54,841 nucleotides of DNA, taken from NCBI GenBank assembly GCA_964648345.1, contig CAZYLP010000001.1:1-54841 (forward strand). Reading direction: 5' to 3'. The notes below the pieces were generated by a model. The model saw nothing but the letters and a program-made list of their open reading frames with translations, was not told where the DNA came from and ran no database searches. This document shows, one piece after another, positions 39,501 through 47,611 of this stretch. Numbering within the stretch: position 1 is the first letter of the stretch; every line of letters begins with the position of its first letter. Origin of the DNA: an uncultured Planctomycetota bacterium (GTDB lineage Bacteria > Planctomycetota > J058 > JACQDU01). A program made the position numbers and the translations under genes.

Positions 39501-39634
39501 CTCTCTGCGGGGGGACGCTCGAGGTTCTCGCGATGGGCGTCCTCGAGGGAGAGGAGCCGCCGCGCGCCTGGCTGTGCCCCGACGGGCCGACGGCGCGCGA
39601 CCACATCGCGACGGTCGCCTCCGCCTCGCGCTGA
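36584..39634 (+). CDS. 1016-aa multidomain membrane protein G1: N-terminal membrane module, conserved soluble loop, GT-C-like core and C-terminal soluble domain
   Basis: Internal ATG of track ORF 36383..39634. The start is supported by alignment with the paralog start MPRLRAVLECAVL. Motif FSDARDWYAVAV resembles the first-loop acidic motif of GT-C enzymes. Confidence 0.75.
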   Translation: MMRREIFLECVLLAVLLAFGAVLERRQGGLTLVYLGLAALFAGPAFRRLLVFQGRARPAPRWTLSLELAAFTGLIVWPIGLWSHAMLAAAALSFAITPPESLDPGARATLLEEVGVALVALAGAAVAAVVNGASAVPGLALLVPLALEAWSPGASRTVASAARRAAAFGIAGAAAIMLGADWRPGARADESVFGVALVLAFVAGLDVLARMLCGNPTGRLDDLLGAAVAFGGRRGAPLGYATGLALLGVALLGTGTLRIPAMHALTAGEVLPEAGLAFLAPGVSASPDGNGEESTLEVREDGRPLGSSHAYIDDIREQGHGRFRHDPRRVTFSSSDGTDPRANGRAYTLAYDWLPGPALLALLLLAAVLLNGGRAARAAAAIERAPPPIIAAAVLAVALAFRIQLAIRGSELTLGHLVKGVPFSDARDWYAVAVDFSRNERNAAMWYWCDARRPFHYASLGAIFALVGPSILAARVFNIVLSSLTSVAIFDATRRIAIRPVALVAALAHALLLYDARQDMSVMTEPLGNFLAALAVWAFVLGATLLGRDHATGLRRAIPVFLGGGVALGLSNLARPLTLLAVGGLPLALALVAGRVGVPWRRVAWGTAAFGAGTALSVVPWLVRQKLVYGIWTLSENTAEAWFGATSPDYGTWSSTVGGLAGSRNVTERVAFYMEGASRNLHEHLGWYVRHVIEQLGITLRFTGLPAWAIVVSCAWYVAVALASPERAGERRGLAVLAALVMVALVLAPEPPLYIAMLGGLGLSIARRRPIALLAGLFVPTLVSVAMIAMAFERRLTHSVEWISAAFASAVVFETLAWVEGVDPRREPRIGDDGTWGRTGRALGVVAGLTVVLAVVGFARILATPRPPRRTAIVSAEPWVSRALDAGTRERLGPLASRLVARRARLRPGFAISLAAGERIVHWSPMFEPRTYAFTVFETEPELPETYAVWPGAPPEGTAGRELIVVGVPTPRPLCGGTLEVLAMGVLEGEEPPRAWLCPDGPTARDHIATVASASR

Positions 39635-39643
39635 CGCGCGGCC

Positions 39644-41407
39644 CTACTGCGCGCGATCCTTGCGCGCGGCCGCGTCGAGCACGTCCTTCCAGATCGTCGT
39701 GTCCTCGGTGAGGAAGCGGACCGTCTCGGCGGCCGCCTTCTCGTGGCCGAGGGCCGACCAGTGCCCGTCGCCGACGACGACGAGCCGCGGCCGCTCGGCC
39801 GCCGGAACGGCCACGAAGCGTGGCGCGAGGTCGAGGCAGGGGACGCCGCGGCGCCCGCAGATTTCGAGCATGCGTCGGGCGGGCCGGCGGAGGTCGACAC
39901 CCTCGCCCATGGACGGCGCGCCGCTCGCCGCCGCCTCGACCTCCGGGCCCTGTGCGAAGATCGCGACGACGAGCCGTCCGCCGCGACCGCGCACGACGCG
40001 GTCGAGCTCGACCACGAGCGCGTCCGTCCGCGCCCAGGCGCGCGCCCAGAGCTCGGGGTGGCGTCGGGGCGCCTCGCGGAACACGTCCGTGTCGAGTGCC
40101 TCGCGGTCGCCACGGAGGTTCCGCGCGGCGACGACGACGCGGTCCACGACGAACGCCGAGAACGCGAGCCCCTCCCGCAGGGCGTGGAGGTAGAGTGGGT
40201 CCTGGCGAGACTGCTCGTTCGCAAGGCGCTCGAGCTCGTCGTCGTTGTTGCGGACGTCGTTGCCGGGCAGGAACTCGACGACGACGAGCGACGGGTCGTA
40301 GGCGAGCCCCTCCTTCTCGAGGGCGGCGAGCTCCTGGGCTTGCCCCCAGCCCGACCACCCGAGCGCGATCGCCTCGACCGGCACGGGGGACCTCGCCGCG
40401 AGCCCGCGCTCGAGCCTCCGGTGGAAGAGGTCGTCGAGCGCAACCTGGACGCCCTCGACGAAGCTGTCGCCGAGGACGACGACGCGGACCGTCCCCCGGG
40501 GCCGCGCGAGCGCGTGCTCGGCGTCGTGGTAGTTGCGCGAGTTCCATCGGACCTGGACCGGCGGCTGCTTCAGGCCGAGCACGGCACCCTCGTAGACGTA
40601 CGTCGCCCCCGGGACGTGCCAGGTCTTCATGCTCGGGACGTTCGTGTCGCGATAACGGTTCGGCGCGAAGCGGAACGCAAGCTCGCCAAGCGCCCAGAGC
40701 GCCAACGAGGCGAGGAAGACGGCGGCGAGCCGGAACGCGGGGCGGCGCCGCGCTCGGGCTCTCTCCTCGACTGGCGCGCCACGCGCGGCGAAACGGACGA
40801 TGGAGTCGAAGGCGAGGCACCCGAGCGAGACGACGTCGCCGGGGAACGCCGCGCGCGAGGAGGACGCCGTGAAGACGGCGCCGATCGCGAGCCAGCGGAG
40901 CGCTCGCTCGGGGGAGGACGGCGTCCGCGCGCGGAGCGGCTCGAGTGTGACGGCTGCGAGGGCCAGGACGATGCCGACGCTCTTGTACTGCCAGAGATCG
41001 GCGCCGGGGTACGGGTGCCCGATCCGGTACCAGACGGCAAACGCGCCCGCGGCGAGCGAGCCGCCGCCGAGGACGTGGAGCCACGCCGGGGCGGCCGTCG
41101 CTCGGTCGTCGCGCGCGAGGGCGTCGACGAGCGCGGCCGCGCCGGCCGCCGTGATCGCAAGGGCGGGGGGCGGCGAGCCGGCGAAGCACCCCGCGACCGC
41201 CGCCCCCTCGAGGAGCCACGCGAGGGGGCGCGGCGGTGCCGCGAGACCCCGGACGGCGAGGAGCCGGCGCACGTGGAGAGGCGCGGTCAGGTAGGCGACG
41301 AGGAGCAGCCCCAGCTGCACGCCCTCGATCCGCCGCTCGTGCATCGCCGCGAGAACGAGCGCGAGGCACATGGCGGCTTCGAGCGCGGCGAGGATCCGGC
41401 CTCTCAT
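39644..41407 (-). CDS. 587-aa membrane protein S1: N-terminal multi-helix module plus C-terminal SGNH-type domain
   Basis: Motifs VVVLGDSFVEG and VVVGDGHWSALGH. The N-terminal ~270 aa are hydrophobic. Confidence 0.75.
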   Translation of the reverse strand: MRGRILAALEAAMCLALVLAAMHERRIEGVQLGLLLVAYLTAPLHVRRLLAVRGLAAPPRPLAWLLEGAAVAGCFAGSPPPALAITAAGAAALVDALARDDRATAAPAWLHVLGGGSLAAGAFAVWYRIGHPYPGADLWQYKSVGIVLALAAVTLEPLRARTPSSPERALRWLAIGAVFTASSSRAAFPGDVVSLGCLAFDSIVRFAARGAPVEERARARRRPAFRLAAVFLASLALWALGELAFRFAPNRYRDTNVPSMKTWHVPGATYVYEGAVLGLKQPPVQVRWNSRNYHDAEHALARPRGTVRVVVLGDSFVEGVQVALDDLFHRRLERGLAARSPVPVEAIALGWSGWGQAQELAALEKEGLAYDPSLVVVEFLPGNDVRNNDDELERLANEQSRQDPLYLHALREGLAFSAFVVDRVVVAARNLRGDREALDTDVFREAPRRHPELWARAWARTDALVVELDRVVRGRGGRLVVAIFAQGPEVEAAASGAPSMGEGVDLRRPARRMLEICGRRGVPCLDLAPRFVAVPAAERPRLVVVGDGHWSALGHEKAAAETVRFLTEDTTIWKDVLDAAARKDRAQ

Positions 41408-41460
41408 CGCGTCAGCCCGCCAGCGACTCTATCGGTGCGCGAAGGCTGAGCGCAAGCCGA

Positions 41461-41469
41461 TGGTAGGTT
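41461..41469 (+). promoter_or_regulatory. Extended -10-like element TGGTAGGTT, 6 nt upstream of ATG 41476
   Basis: TGn plus TAGGTT. No Shine-Dalgarno sequence; implies a leaderless transcript. Confidence 0.25.
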
Positions 41470-41475
41470 CCTGCG

Positions 41476-44400
41476 ATGCCGCGCCTCCGGGCCGTCCTCG
41501 AATGTGCCGTCCTCGCCGCGCTCTTCGCGCTCGTCTTCGCCGTCGACCGCGCGCGGGGCGGAGGGACGTTCGTCTCGGTCGGCCTCGCGGTCCTCTTCGC
41601 GGGCCCAGTCTTCCGCCGCCTCCTCGTCCTCGAGGGCCGCGCGCGGCCGGCGGCCCGGTGGACGCGCGCGCTCGAGCTCGTGGCGTTCACCGGCATCGTC
41701 GCGCGGCCGATCGGGCTCTGGGCGCACGGGTTCCTCGCGGCGGTCGCCGTCCACCTCGTCGCAACGCCGCCCGAGGGACCCGCGGAGCGCGAGTCGCGCG
41801 CGACGCTCCTCGAGGAGCTCTCCGTGGCGCTCATCGCCCTCGGCGGCGTCGCGCTCGCGCTCGTCGCCAACCGGCAGGCGGCGGCGCTCCCCCTCGTCGC
41901 GGCGCTCCCACTCGCGCTCGAGGCCTGGGGGCCGCGCGCGCCACGGACGCTCGAGGCGGCCGCCCGGCGCGCCGCGGCGTTCGGGGTCGCGGGCGCCGCG
42001 GCTGTCATGCGCGGCACGGACTGGCGCGTGGGCGCGCGCGCGGATGACCTCGCCCTGAGCCTCGAGGCCGTCCTCGTGGCCGTCGCGAGCACCCGGGTCC
42101 TCGACCGGACGATCCTGGAGCGGCCCACGGCGCGGCTCGACGCGGCGCTCCAGCGGATCGCGGACTGGGGGGCGCGCGGCTTCGGCGCGTTCGGGCTCGT
42201 CGCGGCGGCCGCCGTCCTCGCGCTCGCGCTCATCGCCGCAGGCGCGCTCCGCGTCACGCGCACGCGGACCCTCGAGCCGGCGTCGTTCCGGCCTCTCGGC
42301 GGCCAGGCGTTCGAGGTGGATGCTCCGAGCACGCGACCGGACGAGGTCCGGAACGAGTCGACGCTCGCGGTCCTGGAGGACGGTCGGGCGCTCGGGCCGG
42401 CCCACGCGCCCCCGGAGACGATCCGGCGCGAGGGCCGTGGCGCCTACCGGCATCCAGGCGCGGTCGAGCTCTCGTCGAGCGACGGCACGGACCCGCGGAC
42501 GAACGGCCGGAGCTACGCGCTCCGCTACGACTGGTCGCCCGGCCTCGGGCTCGTCGCGGTCCTCCTCGTGCCGGCCGTCCTCCTGAACGTGCGGCGCGCC
42601 GCGCGTGCCGCGGCGGCGTTCGAGAGGGCGCCGCCCGCGTGGATTGCGGCCTTCGTCCTCGCGGTCGCCGTGGGCTTCAGGGTCTCGGTCGCCCTCACGG
42701 AGCACGACCGCACCTCCGGCACCCTCGTGAAGGGCATGCTCTTCTCGGACGCGCGCGACTGGTTCACGGTCGCGGTCGATTTCTCGCGGAACGACCGGAG
42801 CGCGCCAGCCTGGGCCTGGTGCTCGGCGCGGCGGCCCTTCCACTACGCACTCCTCGGGGCCGTGTTCGCGCTCGCGGAGCCGTCGCTCCTCGTGGCGCAG
42901 GTCTTCAACGTCGCGCTGAGCGCGCTCACGACCGTCGCGGTCTTCGACGCCGTGCGGCGCGTCGCGTGGCGGCCCGCGGCGCTGCTCGCCGCGCTCGGGC
43001 ACGCGCTCCTCTTCTACGACGCGCAGATCGACCTCTCCGTCATGACGGAGCCCGTCGGGAACTTCTTCGCGGCGCTCGCGGCGTGGGCGTTCGTCCTCGG
43101 GTCGGAGCGCCTCGCGACCCCTCGGCCACGCCGCGCGCTCCTCGCGTTCCTGGGCGGCGGGGTCTGCCTCGGCCTCTCGAACCTCGCGCGGCCGCTCACG
43201 CTCGCCGCGACGCTCGGGCTCCCCCTCGCACTCGCGCTCGTCGTCGGGGGCCGCGGGCGGTGGCGCCAGATCGCGGGGGGGTCGCTCTCCTTCGTCGCGG
43301 GCGTCGCGCTCACGGTCGGGCCGTGGATGCTTCGCCAGCGGCTAGTCCACGGGATCTGGACGATCTCCGAGAACACGGCGGAGGCCTGGTACGGCGCGAC
43401 GAGCCCGCGCTACGGGGGGTGGTCTTACGAGATCTCCCAGCTCCTCCCGGGTCGCTCGATCGCCGAGCGCGTCGCCTACTTCATGGACGGCGCGTCCCTG
43501 AACCTGAGGGAGCACCTCGTCTGGTACGTGACGCACGCGAGCAACCACTTCGGGGTAACGGTCCGCTTCATGGGGCCGCCCGGCTGGGTCGCGATCAGCG
43601 CGTGCGCGTGGTACCTCGCGACGGCGCTCGGGACCCCCGAGCGCGCCGGCGCCCGCCGCGGCGCCGCCGCGGGCGCGGCCCTCGCGGTCATGCTGCTCGC
43701 GCTCCGGCCCGAGACGCCACTCTACGCGATCTCGGCGCTCGGGGTCGTCCTCGCGCTCCTCGGACGGCGACCCGTGTCGCTCCTCGTGGGCCTCCTGCTC
43801 CCGACGCTCGCCTCGGTCGCCATGCTCGGCATGGGCTACGAGCGACGCCTCACCTACTCCGTTGAGTGGGTCGCGACCGCGATCGGCGCTCTCTGCATCT
43901 TCCACGGCCTCGAGAGGGTCGAGGGCGTGCCGCCGGCCGCGGTGGCACTCGGCGGCGGCGGCGCCTGGGGCCGCGCGGGACGGGCCGTCGGGCTCGTCGC
44001 CCTGGCGGCGTGCATCCTCGTCGGGGCCGGCTTCGCGCGCGCGCTCACGGGAACGCCGCCGCCGCGCCGCCCGTCTTCCGGGCTCCCCGCGGAGTCGTGG
44101 CTCCCCCGCGCCCTTGACGCGGAGGAGCGGCGCGCGCTCGGACCCCTCGCGAAGCGGCTGGTCGTACGGCGGGTCCGCCTCCGGCGCGACTTCGCGATCG
44201 GCTTCGCGGCGGGTGAGAGGATCGCTCACTGGTGTCCCCTCTTCGAGGGGCGCCCTTACGCCTACATGGTCTTCGACACGGAGCCCGAGCTCGCGGAGGG
44301 GTACGCCGTCTATCCGGGTCCGCTGCCGCCCGAGGCCGTGGACGCGGACCTCGTCCTCGTGGGCGCGCCGGTCGTGCGCGCGAACGGCGGCTCCTCGCTC

Positions 44401-44532
44401 GAGGTCCTCGTCCTGGGCGTCGCATCCATGGACGGCGAGCCGGTGCGGTGGTTCCGACCGCCGGGGAATGTGGCCCGCGCGCACGCGGATCGGATCGCCG
44501 CGGTCAGCTCGGCTTCGTCGCCGCGACGATGA
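41476..44532 (+). CDS. 1018-aa multidomain membrane protein G2, paralog of G1
   Basis: Alignable with 36584..39634 over the full length. Shared runs include RRAAAFG, SSSDGTDPR, FSDARDW and LGLSNLARPLTL. Confidence 0.75.
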   Translation: MPRLRAVLECAVLAALFALVFAVDRARGGGTFVSVGLAVLFAGPVFRRLLVLEGRARPAARWTRALELVAFTGIVARPIGLWAHGFLAAVAVHLVATPPEGPAERESRATLLEELSVALIALGGVALALVANRQAAALPLVAALPLALEAWGPRAPRTLEAAARRAAAFGVAGAAAVMRGTDWRVGARADDLALSLEAVLVAVASTRVLDRTILERPTARLDAALQRIADWGARGFGAFGLVAAAAVLALALIAAGALRVTRTRTLEPASFRPLGGQAFEVDAPSTRPDEVRNESTLAVLEDGRALGPAHAPPETIRREGRGAYRHPGAVELSSSDGTDPRTNGRSYALRYDWSPGLGLVAVLLVPAVLLNVRRAARAAAAFERAPPAWIAAFVLAVAVGFRVSVALTEHDRTSGTLVKGMLFSDARDWFTVAVDFSRNDRSAPAWAWCSARRPFHYALLGAVFALAEPSLLVAQVFNVALSALTTVAVFDAVRRVAWRPAALLAALGHALLFYDAQIDLSVMTEPVGNFFAALAAWAFVLGSERLATPRPRRALLAFLGGGVCLGLSNLARPLTLAATLGLPLALALVVGGRGRWRQIAGGSLSFVAGVALTVGPWMLRQRLVHGIWTISENTAEAWYGATSPRYGGWSYEISQLLPGRSIAERVAYFMDGASLNLREHLVWYVTHASNHFGVTVRFMGPPGWVAISACAWYLATALGTPERAGARRGAAAGAALAVMLLALRPETPLYAISALGVVLALLGRRPVSLLVGLLLPTLASVAMLGMGYERRLTYSVEWVATAIGALCIFHGLERVEGVPPAAVALGGGGAWGRAGRAVGLVALAACILVGAGFARALTGTPPPRRPSSGLPAESWLPRALDAEERRALGPLAKRLVVRRVRLRRDFAIGFAAGERIAHWCPLFEGRPYAYMVFDTEPELAEGYAVYPGPLPPEAVDADLVLVGAPVVRANGGSSLEVLVLGVASMDGEPVRWFRPPGNVARAHADRIAAVSSASSPRR

Positions 44533-45235
44533 GCGACCCCGCGAACTCGCGGAACACGGGGAGACGCTCGAGGAATCGCCCGAGCCGGTCCACGCCCGGG
44601 ATCAGCCGCGGCGGGATCGCGGGGTGGAGGAAGTCGTAGGGCTTGATGTCGATCGCGTCGAACCCGGCCCGCGCGAGCTGACGGGCGAGCGGCCACCGGA
44701 AGAACGCCGTCTCGCCGGGCGTGTCACCGGCCCAGCGCTTAATGGGCGGGACGTTCTTCTGGATCATGATCTGCGGGTTGAGCATGTTCGGCTCGGCGAC
44801 GACGAAGCGGCCGCCGGGCTTGAGCACGCGGTGCACCTCGTGGAGGGCGACGTCGACCTCGAGGTGGTGGAGGATCGAGCTCCCGATCACGGCGTCGAAC
44901 GTCCCGCTCCGGTGGGGGAGAGCCTCGATCGCGGCCCGCTCGAACCGCGCGGAGGGGCAGCGCGCGTGGGCCTGGCGGAGGAGGTCGTGCGAGATGTCGA
45001 CGCCGAGGATCACGGCTTCGGTCGAACGCGAGAGGATGTCGGAGAAGATCCCGATCCCGCACCCGAGCTCGAGGATCATGGCGCCCTTCTTCGCCCCGCC
45101 GAGGGCGAGGAGCATGTCCGCGCGGCGCCGCGCCCGCAGCTGACCCGCGGGCGAGCTCCAGCCCCAGATCTCGGGGGCACAGGAAGCGATCTTCGCGCCG
45201 TGCTCGATCTCCGCCGCGTGTCGAGTGGTCGCCAT
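44504..45235 (-). CDS. Class I SAM-dependent methyltransferase
   Basis: Motifs ILELGCGIGIF and VIGSSILHHL. ATG 45235 is preferred over the track's TTG at 45274. The 3' end overlaps the convergent gene by 29 nt. Confidence 0.75.
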   Translation of the reverse strand: MATTRHAAEIEHGAKIASCAPEIWGWSSPAGQLRARRRADMLLALGGAKKGAMILELGCGIGIFSDILSRSTEAVILGVDISHDLLRQAHARCPSARFERAAIEALPHRSGTFDAVIGSSILHHLEVDVALHEVHRVLKPGGRFVVAEPNMLNPQIMIQKNVPPIKRWAGDTPGETAFFRWPLARQLARAGFDAIDIKPYDFLHPAIPPRLIPGVDRLGRFLERLPVFREFAGSLIVAATKPS

Positions 45236-45302
45236 GAGGGCGCGACTGTACCGGCGCCCGAAGGCCCGGTGCAAGCCTGTTGTGGCGCTGGCCCGCGTCC
45301 CT

Positions 45303-45308
45303 TAGGCT
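45303..45308 (+). promoter_or_regulatory. -10-like hexamer TAGGCT, 9 nt upstream of ATG 45318
   Basis: The same hexamer occurs 8 nt upstream of the minus-strand ATG 4001 (plus strand 4010-4015, agccta). Confidence 0.2.
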
Positions 45309-45317
45309 TCAGCGGAC

Positions 45318-46790
45318 ATGGCCGAGACCGCCACCGAGCCCTCCGCGTCCGCGGCACCGCCCTCGCCCGGCGCGGTGGCAGAGGCACTCACCCCCGAGTG
45401 GCGCGACTACTTCCTCCGTCTCATTCAGAACCCGCTCCGCTTCTCGGGCCCGCGGAACTACCTCCGCCGCGACATTCGATCGGCCTTGCGCCGGCTCGTC
45501 CCCCAGGATGCGAAGGTCCTCGAGGTGGGGACGGGGAAGGGCGACCTCCTCTCCGACCTCCCGAACGCGAAGCGGCACGGGATCGACGTCCTCCCCGAGG
45601 CGGTCGCCGCCGCGCGTAGCCTCGACGCGAAGATGACCGTCGAGCAGGCGGACGCGCTCACCTTCACGTCGAACGAGCGTTACGACGCGGTCATCTGCGA
45701 CCGCCTCTGCCACTCGATCCCAGACGTGCAGAAGCTCATCACGAACCTCGCCGGCCACCTCTCCGCGGACGGGAGGATCTTCCTCACCTGCTTCAACTTC
45801 GTCTGGGCGATCCCGCTCATCCTCGCGGGGAAGCTCGGCTTCTACGAGAAGTCCCCCGAGGCGAACTGGCTCTCCGAGAGCGACTTCGAGAACCTCTTCG
45901 CGCTCGCGGGCGTCGAGCCCGTCCACTGCGAGAAGCGGATCCTCTTCCCCTACAAGATCCCGCTCCTCGACTTCTTCCTGAACAAGTTCCTCGCGAAGCT
46001 GCCGCCCTGGAGCATCTTCGCGCTCTACCGGATCTACGTGCTCCGCCCGCGCGTCGTCGCGCGTCCCGTCCCCAAGGTGACGGTGCTCGTCCCCGCGCGG
46101 AACGAGTCGGGGAACATCCAGGGCGCGATCGACCGCACGCCCGTCATGGGGAGCGGGACCGAGCTCATCTTCATCGAGGGGAACTCGACCGACGACACCT
46201 ACGCGCGGATCGAGCAGGGGATCAAGGATTACAAGGGCCCGCTCCAACTCTCTCTCCACAAGCAGACGGGGAAGGGGAAGGGCGACGCCTGCCGCCTGGG
46301 CTACGCGAAGGCGACGGGCGACCTCGTCCTGATCCTCGACGCGGACCTCACGGTCCCGCCCGAGGACCTCCCCAAGTTCTACGACGTGATGGTCGGAGGT
46401 CTCGCCGACTACGTCCACGGGACCCGCATGCTCTACCCCATGGAGCAGGGAGCCATGCGCTTCCTCAACAAGCTCGGGAACGCCACCTTCGCACGGATCT
46501 TCTCGTTCGTCCTCGACAAGCCGATCCAGGACACCCTCTGCGGGACGAAGGTCCTCTGGAAGAAGGACTACGACAGGATCGCCGCGAACCGCGCCTACTT
46601 CGGGGACTTCGACCCCTTCGGGGACTTCGACCTGATCTTCGGGGCGTCGAAGCTCAACCTGAAGATCATGGAGATCCCGATCCGCTACAAGAACCGCACG
46701 TACGGAGAGACGAACATCTCGCGGTTCAGGGACGGCTTCCTCCTCCTCCGCATGAGCATTTTCGCGGCGCGCAAGCTCAAGTTCGTTTGA
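45318..46790 (+). CDS. Fusion protein: N-terminal SAM methyltransferase plus C-terminal GT2 (polyprenol-phosphate glycosyltransferase-like)
   Basis: Methyltransferase motif VLEVGTGKGD. GT2 motifs VTVLVPARNESGNI, IEGNSTDDT, LDADL and DTLCGTK. Confidence 0.85.
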   Translation: MAETATEPSASAAPPSPGAVAEALTPEWRDYFLRLIQNPLRFSGPRNYLRRDIRSALRRLVPQDAKVLEVGTGKGDLLSDLPNAKRHGIDVLPEAVAAARSLDAKMTVEQADALTFTSNERYDAVICDRLCHSIPDVQKLITNLAGHLSADGRIFLTCFNFVWAIPLILAGKLGFYEKSPEANWLSESDFENLFALAGVEPVHCEKRILFPYKIPLLDFFLNKFLAKLPPWSIFALYRIYVLRPRVVARPVPKVTVLVPARNESGNIQGAIDRTPVMGSGTELIFIEGNSTDDTYARIEQGIKDYKGPLQLSLHKQTGKGKGDACRLGYAKATGDLVLILDADLTVPPEDLPKFYDVMVGGLADYVHGTRMLYPMEQGAMRFLNKLGNATFARIFSFVLDKPIQDTLCGTKVLWKKDYDRIAANRAYFGDFDPFGDFDLIFGASKLNLKIMEIPIRYKNRTYGETNISRFRDGFLLLRMSIFAARKLKFV

Positions 46791-47611
46791 CCGCGCGCGG
46801 AGACAACTGGTGGCGCGCCTACGCGGTGCTCTCCAAAGGCCTGGCGGTCCTGAACCGCCTCCCGATCGGCGAGCGCTCCGTGAAGATCGGCCCCGACCGG
46901 CTCTACGTCCACTCCGTCGACCGCCTCCTCGCGCTCATGAGCTGGAAGTGGGGCGTGGGGGAGCGCGAGGAGCGCGCCCTCATCGAGCGCGCCGTCCTCC
47001 CCGGCATGATCGCCGTGGACGTGGGGGCGAACGTCGGGCTCCACACGCTCGGGCTCGCGCGTCGCGTGGGCCCGGAAGGACGCGTGCACGCGCTCGAGCC
47101 CGAGCCCGACAACTTCCGGCTCCTCGCGCGCGGCGTGCAGAAGGCGCACCTCAAGAACGTGCGCCTCCACCAGGTGGCCGCCTCGGATGCGCCGGGCACG
47201 CTCACGCTCTACCTCTCGGATGCGAACCGCGGCGATCACCGCACGTCGCCCGCGCCCGAGGCGCGCCGCTCGTTCACGGTGAGCGCGACGCCGATCGATC
47301 TCCTCCTCGCGGGCGAGCCCCGGATCGACTTCGTGAAGATCGACGTCCAGGGGGGCGAGGTCGTCGTCCTCCGCGGCATGAAGGAGACCTTGCGGCGCTG
47401 CGAGAAGATCGGCGTCCTCTGCGAGCTCACGCCCGCGCTCCTCGGACGCGCCGGGAGCAGCGGAGAGGAGCTCGTGGCGCTCCTACGCGAGCAGGGCCTC
47501 GCGCCGCACCGGATCCGCAAGACCGGCGACGTGGCCCCGATCGACGGCCCCGAGGCCATCCGCGAGGCCGAGCGCTCGGGCTACGTGAACCTCTTCTTCC
47601 GGCGGCCCTGA
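46787..47611 (+). CDS. FkbM-family methyltransferase
   Basis: Motifs VDVGANVG and FVKIDVQGGE. The TTG start overlaps the upstream TGA; the start is uncertain. Confidence 0.7.
   Translation: MTARGDNWWRAYAVLSKGLAVLNRLPIGERSVKIGPDRLYVHSVDRLLALMSWKWGVGEREERALIERAVLPGMIAVDVGANVGLHTLGLARRVGPEGRVHALEPEPDNFRLLARGVQKAHLKNVRLHQVAASDAPGTLTLYLSDANRGDHRTSPAPEARRSFTVSATPIDLLLAGEPRIDFVKIDVQGGEVVVLRGMKETLRRCEKIGVLCELTPALLGRAGSSGEELVALLREQGLAPHRIRKTGDVAPIDGPEAIREAERSGYVNLFFRRP

Noticed and set aside
34465-41369. Several very long antisense or off-frame ORFs (34465..36675, 35951..38656, 39471..41369, 39743..41449)
   Set aside because: The translations are low-complexity and Arg/Pro/Glu/Gly-rich. They overlap genes supported by paralogy (G1/G2, S1/S2) and by membrane or catalytic motifs.
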